Below are positions 14,118 to 23,255 of a DNA stretch of 29,651 nucleotides, piece after piece. Every line of letters begins with the position of its first letter. The first letter of the stretch is position 1. Position numbers and translations under genes: made by a program. The stretch spans positions 1 through 29,651 of IMG/VR virus record IMGVR_UViG_3300048693_000171, one strand, 5' to 3'. The notes beneath the pieces are model-generated. The model was not told where the DNA came from. It saw only the letters and a program-made list of their open reading frames with translations, and made no database searches. This stretch comes from a virus (lineage: Duplodnaviria; Caudoviricetes).

Positions 14118-14146
14118 TTGACAAATGCCGATAAGTGTTGTATACT
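14118..14146 (+). promoter_or_regulatory. CCGATA-type promoter
   Basis: TTGACA(14118)-CCGATA(14128)-TATACT(14141). Confidence 0.8.
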
Positions 14147-14171
14147 TAGTGCAACCTTGGAGGAAATAACT

Positions 14172-14654
14172 ATGGGAATGGGCAGTTTCGCTGTTGGTAG
14201 TTTTGTTATTGAATATAAGGACTTGAAGAAGATTTGTCCTAACGAAATTAAGTCTATTGAACAGGCCAAGTATTTTAAGGAAGTTGGTTGGAACGCTATT
14301 GGAAAATGGCTGACTTGGGATGATCCTGACCAAATCAAGGATGAACTTTATGCCTCTGTAGAAGAAGATAAATCTAAGCCTGTTATTAGACTTGGACTTT
14401 CAGAGGATCAGATCGTTGAAGATATTTTTCAAGAGTATGAAACATTAATAGTTGTTCTTAAAAATTCTTTTAACAAAAAAACCAAACTAACTTTGTATTT
14501 TGATAGTTATGATGAAGAAGGGGGCGACCGTTATGATAATCCCGGTGATAAGGATGGATGTATTTTTTGCGTGGATGGTATGGTTCAACTGACTCCCGCT
14601 GGAAAAAAGTTTAAGGATATTATTACTGAAAGAAAGTGGACACAATTTGGGTGA
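14172..14654 (+). CDS. hypothetical protein
   Basis: GGAGG RBS; start MGMGSF. Confidence 0.75.
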   Translation: MGMGSFAVGSFVIEYKDLKKICPNEIKSIEQAKYFKEVGWNAIGKWLTWDDPDQIKDELYASVEEDKSKPVIRLGLSEDQIVEDIFQEYETLIVVLKNSFNKKTKLTLYFDSYDEEGGDRYDNPGDKDGCIFCVDGMVQLTPAGKKFKDIITERKWTQFG

Positions 14655-14657
14655 AAT

Positions 14658-15083
14658 ATGAAAAAAGATATTGCTAAAAAGTGGGTTAAGGCTTTGCGTA
14701 GCGGAAAATATAAGCAAGGCGAAAACTATCTTAAAAAATTTAATAGTAAGGGACAGCCAAGACATTGTTGTTTGGGGGTTCTTTGCGAATTGTATAATGA
14801 TACTATGAAAAAGAATCACAAAAAAACTATCTCAGTAAAAGAATATAACGACGAACCAACATTAGATCATGGTTATGTTAAATTTGCTAATAAAGATGGT
14901 TCGCTACCAACCATAGTAAGAAAATGGGCTGGCATAAAAAATGAAATGGGTACTTTTTCCTATACTGAAAAAGATGCTTATGGAACATTTAAGAGTACTA
15001 AGTGTTTAGCGGACTTGAACGATACTGGTAAAAAGTTTTCAACTATTGCTGATATTATTGAAAAGAATGTGGAGAATATTTAA
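14658..15083 (+). CDS. conserved phage hypothetical protein
   Basis: WxxALRSGxYxQ..CCLGVLC..LxxLND..FxxIADxIE motif set. Confidence 0.75.
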   Translation: MKKDIAKKWVKALRSGKYKQGENYLKKFNSKGQPRHCCLGVLCELYNDTMKKNHKKTISVKEYNDEPTLDHGYVKFANKDGSLPTIVRKWAGIKNEMGTFSYTEKDAYGTFKSTKCLADLNDTGKKFSTIADIIEKNVENI

Positions 15084-15301
15084 TGAAAACCAAAACCGAA
15101 CTAAATTATACTGATGCTGCTATGGAGTGTGCTAGATATATTTTTGATAGCGACTGTGAGCAAATTAGTTATCAAGAATATATTCAGGATGGTAGCGATC
15201 CTAGAGATCATATTTTATATCATGCTGCTGTGGTTTTAGGTCAAGCGGATGAATTTAAGACAGATATTGAGGAATATGAAAAGGAGATTGCTAATGGATA
15301 G
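15083..15301 (+). CDS. hypothetical protein
   Basis: TAATG coupling. Confidence 0.7.
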   Translation: MKTKTELNYTDAAMECARYIFDSDCEQISYQEYIQDGSDPRDHILYHAAVVLGQADEFKTDIEEYEKEIANG

Positions 15302-15506
15302 GTTTGATCTGGAAAACAAGATTAATCAAACATCTTTTTTTGCAGATCATCTGAGGTCTGTAACAAATGCTGTACTGGAAAATAAGATGAATAACGATAA
15401 ACTCGCTAATGTTTTAGAGGGTTTGGCCGTTTTGATCGAACTTCATACTGATGATACCTTTGAGGCTTTTACCCAAGCACTGAAACTTGATAGCCATAAA
15501 GAATAA
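15294..15506 (+). CDS. hypothetical protein
   Basis: AAGGAG RBS; start MDRFDLE. Confidence 0.7.
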   Translation: MDRFDLENKINQTSFFADHLRSVTNAVLENKMNNDKLANVLEGLAVLIELHTDDTFEAFTQALKLDSHKE

Positions 15507-15508
15507 TT

Positions 15509-15736
15509 ATGCCAATAGTCACATTGACATTGAGATTTAGTCTACCAGAAGAACAGAGCGAGTTCGATACCGCTATTAACGCGGCGAAAGCCAAGAGTAT
15601 GCTATGGTATTTTGCTCAACAACTTCGTTCTTGGCGGAAACATGGTAATGACTTTAAAGATGCTGATGATGCTCTTGATAAAATTCGTGAAGAATTCTAT
15701 AGACTGGTGAATGAACATGGGGTGGAACTGGACTAA
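15509..15736 (+). CDS. hypothetical protein
   Basis: FxLPEE motif; operon packing. Confidence 0.7.
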   Translation: MPIVTLTLRFSLPEEQSEFDTAINAAKAKSMLWYFAQQLRSWRKHGNDFKDADDALDKIREEFYRLVNEHGVELD

Positions 15737-15737
15737 T

Positions 15738-16478
15738 ATGTTTAAATTAAGCAAAAGAAGTAGAATAAATTATTGGAGTTGCTCTAGTTTAGCAGACTGG
15801 ATTAGGGGGACAGATAAACCATATGCACTAGCATGGGAAGATTGGGACGAATGGCGTAAAGAGGCTCAAAATAAGCATCCTTATAGATATTGGGTGGCAG
15901 AAAAACTGCTTGATCGTTTACAGGATATAGTTTATTTACCTGTTGATATTTACCATACTATAGAGATTTACGTTCGTAATAGATTTATAGATAAAATCCA
16001 CTATCTTCATACGGGACTAAAGCCTGGGCAATACTATGACTTAGACTATAGGATTATTCATGGTCTTTTTAATGAACTTGTTGATCTTGTAGAAGTAGAA
16101 TACGCTGGTTTATCTAGATGGTATGATAAGAATAAAAAAAAGAAGTATAAGTTTGTTCGTGGTCGTTGTGCTGACGCTGGGCTTGATTATTTAAAGTGGG
16201 CTAGTAGTTTGACCTATAATAAAGACTATGGCTTGAGAAAGGGCGATAAGGGGTTTGGTGAGCCAACTGAACAGGCAGTCTCCGCCCGTAAAACAGTAGA
16301 GTTATATAACTGGTGGAAAAACAGAGACAACAGACCAGACCCTTACGAAATTTTCTCTGAGGAAAAGCACGGAAAGAGTTATTATAAGCAAATTAGTAAG
16401 ATGCAAGACAATTACGAAAAAGAAGATACAAAGATGCTTATTGAACTTATTAAAATCAGAGGAAGCCTTTGGACATGA
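15738..16478 (+). CDS. conserved phage hypothetical protein
   Basis: 246-aa ORF ending LIKIRGSLWT. Confidence 0.8.
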   Translation: MFKLSKRSRINYWSCSSLADWIRGTDKPYALAWEDWDEWRKEAQNKHPYRYWVAEKLLDRLQDIVYLPVDIYHTIEIYVRNRFIDKIHYLHTGLKPGQYYDLDYRIIHGLFNELVDLVEVEYAGLSRWYDKNKKKKYKFVRGRCADAGLDYLKWASSLTYNKDYGLRKGDKGFGEPTEQAVSARKTVELYNWWKNRDNRPDPYEIFSEEKHGKSYYKQISKMQDNYEKEDTKMLIELIKIRGSLWT

Positions 16479-16557
16479 CATTTCAGCAGTTCAAAAACTA
16501 TATTGATAGCCAGTATCAATTAGACTTTAGTAGCAAGGCATTAGGAAGAACTCACAA

Positions 16558-16851
16558 ATGTCGGAATACAAAAAACAGACGATAGATATAAATAACGATC
16601 TGTTGATAGAACTACATCATAATCCTCTTCTTAAAGATAGACCATTCTATCTTAGAGTATATTCCTATACTGATTATAGTGAGTACAGGCTAACCCCAAA
16701 AGATGTTTTAAAGTTATCTGAGAGTCTGGCCGATTTTGTATTTGACAACTCAAACGAAATAGACTACACTGATGAGTTAACGGGGCTTGCACGATTATGG
16801 CATCATAGACGAAATGAATGTTTAGAGCAATTGGATAAAAACAATGAATAA
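16558..16851 (+). CDS. hypothetical protein
   Basis: AGGA RBS; overlaps next ORF. Confidence 0.7.
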   Translation: MSEYKKQTIDINNDLLIELHHNPLLKDRPFYLRVYSYTDYSEYRLTPKDVLKLSESLADFVFDNSNEIDYTDELTGLARLWHHRRNECLEQLDKNNE

Positions 16852-17464
16852 AATTACAGTCATAGGAGATTGTCACGGTAAGTATGAGCGTTATCACAAA
16901 ATTATCAGAGAGACAGAAAGATACCCATATACTGTTCAGTTGGGGGATTTCGGTTTTAAGTATGACACTCTCAAAAATGTAGACCATACTAAACATATTA
17001 TTATTGGAGGTAATCATGATAACTATGATATTTGCAATAACTATCCTCATTTTCTCTCAGATTATGGTTATATGGTTAATTTTAACGGAATAGATTTTTT
17101 CTATTATCGTGGAGCATATAGTATTGATAGAATATATAGAACTATTGGAATAGACTGGTGGGAAAAAGAACAAGTAGGTATTGAAGATTTTATGAAAGCC
17201 AGAGAGTTGTATCGCTCTATTAAACCAGAGATAATGATAACCCACGATTGTCCAGAACAGATAGCGCATCAAATGATTCCTCCAAATAGTAGAATTTTTC
17301 AGAATAATACCACATGGGCTTTAGGAGAATTGTTAAATATTCATCAACCAAAACTTTGGATTTTTGGTCATTGGCATCGTTCTCGTACTATAGAATATGG
17401 TAATACTAAGTTTATCTGTCTTGACGAATTAGAAACCTATGATATAGTTAAGCCGAAAGGTTAG
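16844..17464 (+). CDS. calcineurin-like metallophosphoesterase
   Basis: GDxHG, GDFG, GNHD, THxCP and GHWH motifs. Confidence 0.9.
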   Translation: MNKITVIGDCHGKYERYHKIIRETERYPYTVQLGDFGFKYDTLKNVDHTKHIIIGGNHDNYDICNNYPHFLSDYGYMVNFNGIDFFYYRGAYSIDRIYRTIGIDWWEKEQVGIEDFMKARELYRSIKPEIMITHDCPEQIAHQMIPPNSRIFQNNTTWALGELLNIHQPKLWIFGHWHRSRTIEYGNTKFICLDELETYDIVKPKG

Positions 17465-17555
17465 GGTCGCGGGTATCCCTTTCATCAACTGCCGTAGAGG
17501 TTTAAGCCCAATTTTCTGTATACATTGAAAAAGAGGCTTTTTTATAAGGAAAATT

Positions 17556-17771
17556 ATGGAATGTCCTAACTGTATTACTCCTTGGAAATGTAATGGGCCT
17601 CATCTTGAACAGATGAGTGATTCTATCTATAAGAGTATTCATGGATATTTTCTTATTAAGAATGATAGATGGATATTTACACCTGTAGACAAGGAATTTG
17701 ATGTAGATACTTTATTCTCTATTATTGATACCTTAAGGAATTTAAATGAGTCTCACGCACGAAGATATTAG
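17556..17771 (+). CDS. hypothetical protein (CxxC)
   Basis: TAAGGA RBS; CPNCITPWKCNGPH. Confidence 0.7.
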   Translation: MECPNCITPWKCNGPHLEQMSDSIYKSIHGYFLIKNDRWIFTPVDKEFDVDTLFSIIDTLRNLNESHARRY

Positions 17772-17967
17772 TGACATTAAAATTGTATTAAAGGAACAAC
17801 TTGATAGTTTAAACAGACTAAGCAAGATTCCTTTACCTCATCCATTTGAACATTATAAAACTATGAGAATGATTTATCAAGACATTTTAGAATGTAATAA
17901 GGTGATGATGGAAATAATTAATGGGCCTAGTGGCGGAATAGAAAAAATGATAGAAAGAAACGCATGA
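17746..17967 (+). CDS. hypothetical protein, paralog of 13599..13892
   Basis: TAAGGA RBS; shared 15-aa block. Confidence 0.75.
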   Translation: MSLTHEDISDIKIVLKEQLDSLNRLSKIPLPHPFEHYKTMRMIYQDILECNKVMMEIINGPSGGIEKMIERNA

Positions 17968-18152
17968 GTTCAGAAGAATTAGAAATCATTAAACAAAGAT
18001 ATGAGAGTGCTAAAAAGTTAGCAAAAGATCTATGGTTGGATGGCGACCATGAGGGTAATGAAAATGACTTTTATTATTTCCAGTGTGGATTTGTGGCTGG
18101 TATGAATTATAAATTGTATAAGGATTTTTCTGATGAAAACGAAGAAAAATAA
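17964..18152 (+). CDS. hypothetical protein
   Basis: ATGA overlap. Confidence 0.65.
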   Translation: MSSEELEIIKQRYESAKKLAKDLWLDGDHEGNENDFYYFQCGFVAGMNYKLYKDFSDENEEK

Positions 18153-18522
18153 GTTTAACTGCGATGTTAATGGTGGTATTATGGTCACGGCAGCATTAAG
18201 ATATGCTCTTGGGAGGCATACTTATGTGCCGGGAGCAGTTCAAGATTGGATTAGTCTACACTGGGATAGTCTGGTTAGTAATACTAAAGTTGTTATTGTA
18301 CGAGATGTTTTTGAACATATTTATGATGAAAGCAAATCCAAATATGCTCTTGCAAGCGGTGCTATGGCTCAATATGATTTGTCTACTTGGGAAAAGTTTG
18401 GTATTGAGCATTACTGGAAACTGGATGATATTGAACGTAAAAATGTCGATAGTTTTATCAATGTCGATAAAGATCGTGTTAGATGGTTTGCTGAAAAATT
18501 ATATGGAACACAACCAGTATGA
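18133..18522 (+). CDS. conserved phage hypothetical protein
   Basis: AxRYALGRxTY motif; TAAGGA RBS. Confidence 0.75.
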   Translation: MKTKKNKFNCDVNGGIMVTAALRYALGRHTYVPGAVQDWISLHWDSLVSNTKVVIVRDVFEHIYDESKSKYALASGAMAQYDLSTWEKFGIEHYWKLDDIERKNVDSFINVDKDRVRWFAEKLYGTQPV

Positions 18523-18806
18523 CAACACAAAATATTCCAAATTGGAAAAAGGGCGACATAGTTGCTTTGCTACATAATAGCGGTGGAGTTATCCATATTT
18601 TTGAAGCAGAACATGATCCTTACTATGGAAAAACTTTTTTTAGTTCAGACGAAGATTGGTATTATGGTTTAAGAAACTGTGAAGAAATTAGACTAGCCAC
18701 CCAAGAAGATATAGATAGCAAAATAAAATATCAAAAAGAAAACGTAGAAAGAGAAAAAGCGGTCTTGGATCAATTACTTAATTTTCGGGAGCGTTTGTCA
18801 AAATGA
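18519..18806 (+). CDS. hypothetical protein
   Basis: ATGA overlaps; RLATxE motif. Confidence 0.7.
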   Translation: MTTQNIPNWKKGDIVALLHNSGGVIHIFEAEHDPYYGKTFFSSDEDWYYGLRNCEEIRLATQEDIDSKIKYQKENVEREKAVLDQLLNFRERLSK

Positions 18807-19006
18807 AAATACAAAATAAAAAAGAGATTGAACTGTCAGAAGACGATATTAAAAATATACTATATGCATTTCTTCGCCAAGAACATGGAGATGGAGAATA
18901 TTCTTTTAGATTTAATATAGTAAATAAACCCATACGAAGCGGTATGTATGACAGTATGGATAATCACGTATTTGATAGTATACAGGTAACAATCACCAAT
19001 GTCTGA
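18803..19006 (+). CDS. hypothetical protein
   Basis: ATGA overlap. Confidence 0.65.
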   Translation: MKIQNKKEIELSEDDIKNILYAFLRQEHGDGEYSFRFNIVNKPIRSGMYDSMDNHVFDSIQVTITNV

Positions 19007-19358
19007 AAAAATATTTGAAAATTATGACGAAGCACACAAGTATAGTTTAACTGTGCCATGGAAACTTGCTCATTGTAATACTGGTGAAAGTTGTTGGTGT
19101 AGAATTATTCTTCCAACCGAAAATATACTATACAAAAATCAGGTAGGAGACTCTGAAACGGTTGTTGAGTTTGATTATATTATACCAGATGGTAGCATAG
19201 ATAAAGAAACAGCGGAATATGTTGTAGAATTACACAATAGATCAGTAGCAATATATGCTGGTCAAAAAGAAAGATTAGCAGTCTTAAAAGAATTAAATAG
19301 ATTAGATCAAGAGCTAGGAATTGATATACCAGTAATTAAAAGGAAAGAGATTGATTAG
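18999..19358 (+). CDS. hypothetical protein
   Basis: operon packing. Confidence 0.7.
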   Translation: MSEKIFENYDEAHKYSLTVPWKLAHCNTGESCWCRIILPTENILYKNQVGDSETVVEFDYIIPDGSIDKETAEYVVELHNRSVAIYAGQKERLAVLKELNRLDQELGIDIPVIKRKEID

Positions 19359-19359
19359 G

Positions 19360-19554
19360 ATGTCAATAAAAACCACAGACGAACTTAAAGAAAGACTAAA
19401 AAGAATAGTACAAGAAACATTTATTGATTCTTGGTTGGACTCTCCTAATCCAGCATTTGATAACAAAACGCCACGACAAATGGTGATAGAACAAAATAGT
19501 GATCAAATAGAGAAGATGATGTATAGAATAGGTAGCGGTGAGCCATCCACTTGA
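19360..19554 (+). CDS. Xre/MbcA/ParS antitoxin C-terminal (DUF2384)-like protein
   Basis: WLDSPNPAFDNKTPxxM matches WLxxPNxALxxxxP. Confidence 0.75.
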   Translation: MSIKTTDELKERLKRIVQETFIDSWLDSPNPAFDNKTPRQMVIEQNSDQIEKMMYRIGSGEPST

Positions 19555-19592
19555 CTTGACAAACCAGAAATTTTTGTTAAACTACAAGAACC

Positions 19593-19763
19593 ATGAGTAC
19601 CGATAAACAAATGAACGTAGGGCAAGAGTTGGTCGAGAGATTACAAAATCTGAATAAGATGCTTGATGCTATTAGATCAGCACAAAATGATGAGTTGAAT
19701 CTTCCAGAAATAAACGAACAAAATAAATCTACTGTAAAGCCTAAAAAATTACCCACAAAATGA
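19593..19763 (+). CDS. hypothetical protein (56 aa, not in track)
   Basis: follows TTGACA/TAAACT promoter-like site; ATGA overlap. Confidence 0.55.
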   Translation: MSTDKQMNVGQELVERLQNLNKMLDAIRSAQNDELNLPEINEQNKSTVKPKKLPTK

Positions 19764-19939
19764 AACTTAATATCGAAATAAATGATCTGCTTCTTATCAG
19801 TGAAGCATTAGTAGTTTATCAGTGCGAGGTTGAAGATGATAAAACAGATTATTATGGATTCCCTTATTCTGTGGAAAGAATTCAAAAGGTAATAGATTAT
19901 ATTGAAGGAATTTTAGACAAAAATGAAACCAACAACTAA
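19760..19939 (+). CDS. hypothetical protein (59 aa, not in track)
   Basis: fills gap and overlaps both neighbours. Confidence 0.6.
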   Translation: MKLNIEINDLLLISEALVVYQCEVEDDKTDYYGFPYSVERIQKVIDYIEGILDKNETNN

Positions 19940-20135
19940 ACAACTTAAAGTTATAGAGTTTCTAGAACAACAACTAAAGTTCTGGAAGAATACTAATGAT
20001 ATTGACTCTCCTACTCATGTTGGTGATATTACAGAGTTTTCACAATATCTGAAAGATGACTTTACAATAGAAGAAGTTTTATCTATTGAGATTCTAACAA
20101 CGGAATTATATTTGAGTATTACGGAGATAGAATAG
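19923..20135 (+). CDS. hypothetical protein
   Basis: AAGGA RBS. Confidence 0.65.
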   Translation: MKPTTKQLKVIEFLEQQLKFWKNTNDIDSPTHVGDITEFSQYLKDDFTIEEVLSIEILTTELYLSITEIE

Positions 20136-20377
20136 TGTCTTGGAACTATCGTGTGGTTAAAACTGTAACTAAAATTCCTCTTGGAGATACTGATATTAGT
20201 TATGGTATTCATGAGATTTATTATGATGAGAACGGAAACATTGTTAATATTTCTGAAAGTTTAGCCCATCCAATATCTGATGATTTAGAGGGGTTGCAGT
20301 GGAATTTAGAAAGAATGATGGAGGCTTGTAAAAAGCCAGTGATAGAATACGAAACAGGTGAGGAAGTATCTGACTGA
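20135..20377 (+). CDS. conserved phage hypothetical protein
   Basis: WNYRV..YGIHExYYDENG; paralogous to C-terminus of 25050 ORF. Confidence 0.75.
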   Translation: MSWNYRVVKTVTKIPLGDTDISYGIHEIYYDENGNIVNISESLAHPISDDLEGLQWNLERMMEACKKPVIEYETGEEVSD

Positions 20378-20379
20378 TA

Positions 20380-20955
20380 TTATACAATTTTATTGTATTT
20401 TTGATGATTATCTTTTGCCCATAATGGTTGTAAATTTGTATAATGAAAACATTCTTTTTGCTGATTTTTATCTGTCATATCAAAACTTGAGCATGGTTTT
20501 ATGTGATCAATATGCCACTTTCCGTAGTTGTCCCAACTCATACCGTCACTAAATTGAGCTGCGAGATATTCCATTAATTGTTCTACTGAACAACCAAGTA
20601 ATTTTACTGCTGAATCCGATTTTCGTACACCTTTTAATACTTTATTCATTCTACTTCTCAAACTATGAGCTATCCTAGCATTTGAATTATTTTTAAAGTA
20701 TTGTTTTCTCCAAGCGTTTATTTTATTTCTATTTTTCTTTGTATGTTCTTTTATCCTGTCTTTATTTTCTTCCTGGTATTTTTTTTGTTGCTCTCTAATT
20801 TTTTCACGATTTTCTTCACGGTATTTTTTCTGTTGTATTTTTTTGCATTCACGACACAGAGCGTCTTTACTAAAAGAAGATTTTTTCCCGTAAACTAATT
20901 TATCTAAAGTTAAATGACTTTCACAAACCCTACACTGTTTTACTATAACAATCAT
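20380..20955 (-). CDS. HNH endonuclease (putative homing endonuclease)
   Basis: GMSWDNYGxWHIDHIxP..CFHYTNLQPLWAxDN; N-terminal CxxC; inverted relative to operon. Confidence 0.88.
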   Translation of the reverse strand: MIVIVKQCRVCESHLTLDKLVYGKKSSFSKDALCRECKKIQQKKYREENREKIREQQKKYQEENKDRIKEHTKKNRNKINAWRKQYFKNNSNARIAHSLRSRMNKVLKGVRKSDSAVKLLGCSVEQLMEYLAAQFSDGMSWDNYGKWHIDHIKPCSSFDMTDKNQQKECFHYTNLQPLWAKDNHQKYNKIV

Positions 20956-21001
20956 ATTTAAACCTTTAAAAGCAGAAAACCCATGATAATGTCAGTAGGA
21001 G

Positions 21002-21030
21002 TTGACAAAACCACAGGCTTCTGCTATAAT
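21002..21030 (+). promoter_or_regulatory. perfect consensus sigma70 promoter
   Basis: TTGACA-17 bp-TATAAT. Confidence 0.8.
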
Positions 21031-21086
21031 CTAATAGGATGTTAGAAAACAAACTCTCTCCTACAAGAGTTAATTTTCACTAATGA

Positions 21087-21101
21087 TATATACACCAAAA
21101 T
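21087..21101 (-). promoter_or_regulatory. putative late-promoter motif for HNH gene
   Basis: ATTTTGGTGTATATA identical to 4293-4307. Confidence 0.5.
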
Positions 21102-21247
21102 AACAAGATCGGAATTAACCGACGCCGCTGGGTTGATCGCCAGAAGGCAACGTCCTTGACCTCTGTTTCCCGTATAATGGTTGAGATTTCTCACCTAGGG
21201 TTTCAACGTCAGATAATTGGGGCGTTTTCAATACAAAGGAGAAATTT

Positions 21248-21514
21248 ATGAAGAAAAAGAAAATAAGTAAGCCTAAACGAAAGCAAAAGATTGATGTTGT
21301 ATTAGAATCACTACTTAATCTTGAACAGAAGGTCAAAGAACTAACTAAGAAAGTTGAGCAATTGCAATATTCTCAACCATACTATCCTAAAGACGTAAAC
21401 GAGCCGGAAAAAAAGTATTGGCCTAATACTGAGCCACCGTTTAAATACAAAGATATAATGTGGAATGATAATTCCAGTTCTCAATGGGATGCCATTGATA
21501 AAGGCTTACAGTGA
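21248..21514 (+). CDS. hypothetical protein (basic N-terminus, coiled coil)
   Basis: AAGGAG RBS. Confidence 0.7.
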   Translation: MKKKKISKPKRKQKIDVVLESLLNLEQKVKELTKKVEQLQYSQPYYPKDVNEPEKKYWPNTEPPFKYKDIMWNDNSSSQWDAIDKGLQ

Positions 21515-21798
21515 ATAAACTCACAATCGCTATAGATTATGATGATACATATACTGCCGATCCTCCGTTTTGGGATAAGGTAATAAGATTAGCACAAGAT
21601 CACGGGCATAATATAATTTGTATTACAGCACGAAGAAATATTTTAGAACATCGTCAAGAACTTATGAAGTCTTTACCAGAAGGTATAGAAACATATTTTT
21701 CTTATGACGAACCAAAAGCCGATTATATCAAAAGACAAAATATAGTAGTAGATATATGGATTGATGATAGTCCCGGTTGGATTGTAGGAGTAACATAA
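21511..21798 (+). CDS. HAD-superfamily phosphatase (minimal, capless)
   Basis: DYDDT, TAR, K and IDD motifs I-IV. Confidence 0.8.
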   Translation: MNKLTIAIDYDDTYTADPPFWDKVIRLAQDHGHNIICITARRNILEHRQELMKSLPEGIETYFSYDEPKADYIKRQNIVVDIWIDDSPGWIVGVT

Positions 21799-21799
21799 A

Positions 21800-22822
21800 A
21801 TGAGAAAACTAGCTAGTATACAAACTGTTAAATATGTTAAACCTATACCAGATGCAGACAGCATAGAAACTGTGGGCGTTTTAGGTTGGGAGGTTGTTAC
21901 AAAGAAGGGTGAGTTCCAACCCAATGATCTCTGCGTATTTTTTGAGATTGATAGTTTACTTCCAGAAGTTCCAGAGTTTGAATTTCTTCGTAAGAGTTGT
22001 TGGAATGATAGTTTAAAAAAGTATAGACTCAAAACAGTAAAGTTGCGTAAACAACTATCTCAAGGATTAGCATTACCCACAAGTGTCTTTCCTATACTAG
22101 CAGGATTGACTGCTGGGGCCGATGTTACTGACCTATTAGGAATAGAAAAATATGAACCTCCAATTCCAGCACAGATTCAAGGAGATGCAAAGAGTTTTAG
22201 TTGGCCCATAAGTAAGACCGATGAAACAAGAGTGCAGTTAGATGATGAATACGGATTTATTGAAAGACTAACCGGACAACCATACTATATTAGCCTTAAA
22301 CTTGATGGAACATCTAGTACATTTTTGATTGATCCTAAAGACGAAAGTTATCATGTTTGTGGACGTAATTATAGTTATAAAGAAAGTGAACATCATAAAT
22401 TTTGGGTATTGAGTCGAAAGTACAAAATAGAAGAAGGACTACGATGGTTTTGGAATAATGGAGTTAAAATAGCAATTCAAGGAGAATGTGCAGGCCCAGG
22501 TATACAACAAAACAAATTAGGTTTATCCTCTCATGATTTGTTTGTTTTTAATGTTATTGATATTCCAACTAATCGTAAGTTATGTTTAGAGGATGCTATG
22601 GGTGTGGTAGAGCGTCTTGGGTTGAAATTTGTGCCGATAGTTGACAAAGGCTCAAGTTTCAGTTATACTAAGACCGATCTACTAGAGATGGCGAAGGGCA
22701 AATATAAAGAACACTTTGAGTCTGCTAAACCAAATCAAGATCGTGAAGGAATAGTAATACGAAGCCTTTGCGGAGAAGTTAGTTTTAAGGCTATCAATAA
22801 CGACTTTTTATTGAAAGAATAA
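21800..22822 (+). CDS. RNA ligase, DRB0094/Rnl2 family
   Basis: MRKLAS..IPxAD..FEIDS..SQGL N-domain; KLDGTS, QGE, EGIV and FKxI nucleotidyltransferase motifs. Confidence 0.92.
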   Translation: MRKLASIQTVKYVKPIPDADSIETVGVLGWEVVTKKGEFQPNDLCVFFEIDSLLPEVPEFEFLRKSCWNDSLKKYRLKTVKLRKQLSQGLALPTSVFPILAGLTAGADVTDLLGIEKYEPPIPAQIQGDAKSFSWPISKTDETRVQLDDEYGFIERLTGQPYYISLKLDGTSSTFLIDPKDESYHVCGRNYSYKESEHHKFWVLSRKYKIEEGLRWFWNNGVKIAIQGECAGPGIQQNKLGLSSHDLFVFNVIDIPTNRKLCLEDAMGVVERLGLKFVPIVDKGSSFSYTKTDLLEMAKGKYKEHFESAKPNQDREGIVIRSLCGEVSFKAINNDFLLKE

Positions 22823-23085
22823 TGAATACTTTTACTCCCGGCACAATAGTTGTTTTTGAACCTAATAATTTTAATCCAGATTTTTGGAATAAATTACCAG
22901 AAAAAGATAGGATTAAATATTATGGTTCACTTGGTTACGGTTCAGATAAAAAGAAATTTTTTGTGTTTCTTACAGAGATTAAAAATGCTCCCGGTCATTG
23001 TGTGTTAGCTGATTTAGATGATGGAAGAATTGAGGTTATGAGACATACGAGTGACTTTAGAGAGGTTAATGAAGATGAGTTCTAA
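22822..23085 (+). CDS. hypothetical protein
   Basis: TAATG coupling. Confidence 0.7.
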   Translation: MNTFTPGTIVVFEPNNFNPDFWNKLPEKDRIKYYGSLGYGSDKKKFFVFLTEIKNAPGHCVLADLDDGRIEVMRHTSDFREVNEDEF

Positions 23086-23254
23086 TATTAGTGCTTATTA
23101 CTCAAATGAGTTAAAATCGTGGGTTCGCTTAGAAAGATGTGAAGATGGAGAGTATTGTCATACTTCTGGATATGCAACTAAAGAAGAGGCTCTTAATAAT
23201 TATACAAATACTGTTGTGTCGTATAAAGTGTTAGCCAACAGGAAGGCAAGATGA
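23075..23254 (+). CDS. hypothetical protein
   Basis: operon packing. Confidence 0.55.
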   Translation: MSSNISAYYSNELKSWVRLERCEDGEYCHTSGYATKEEALNNYTNTVVSYKVLANRKAR

Positions 23255-23255
23255 A

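Noticed and set aside
17455-17545. GAAAGG/CCTTTC hairpin and intergenic structure
   Set aside because: Short stems in a single copy; indistinguishable from chance
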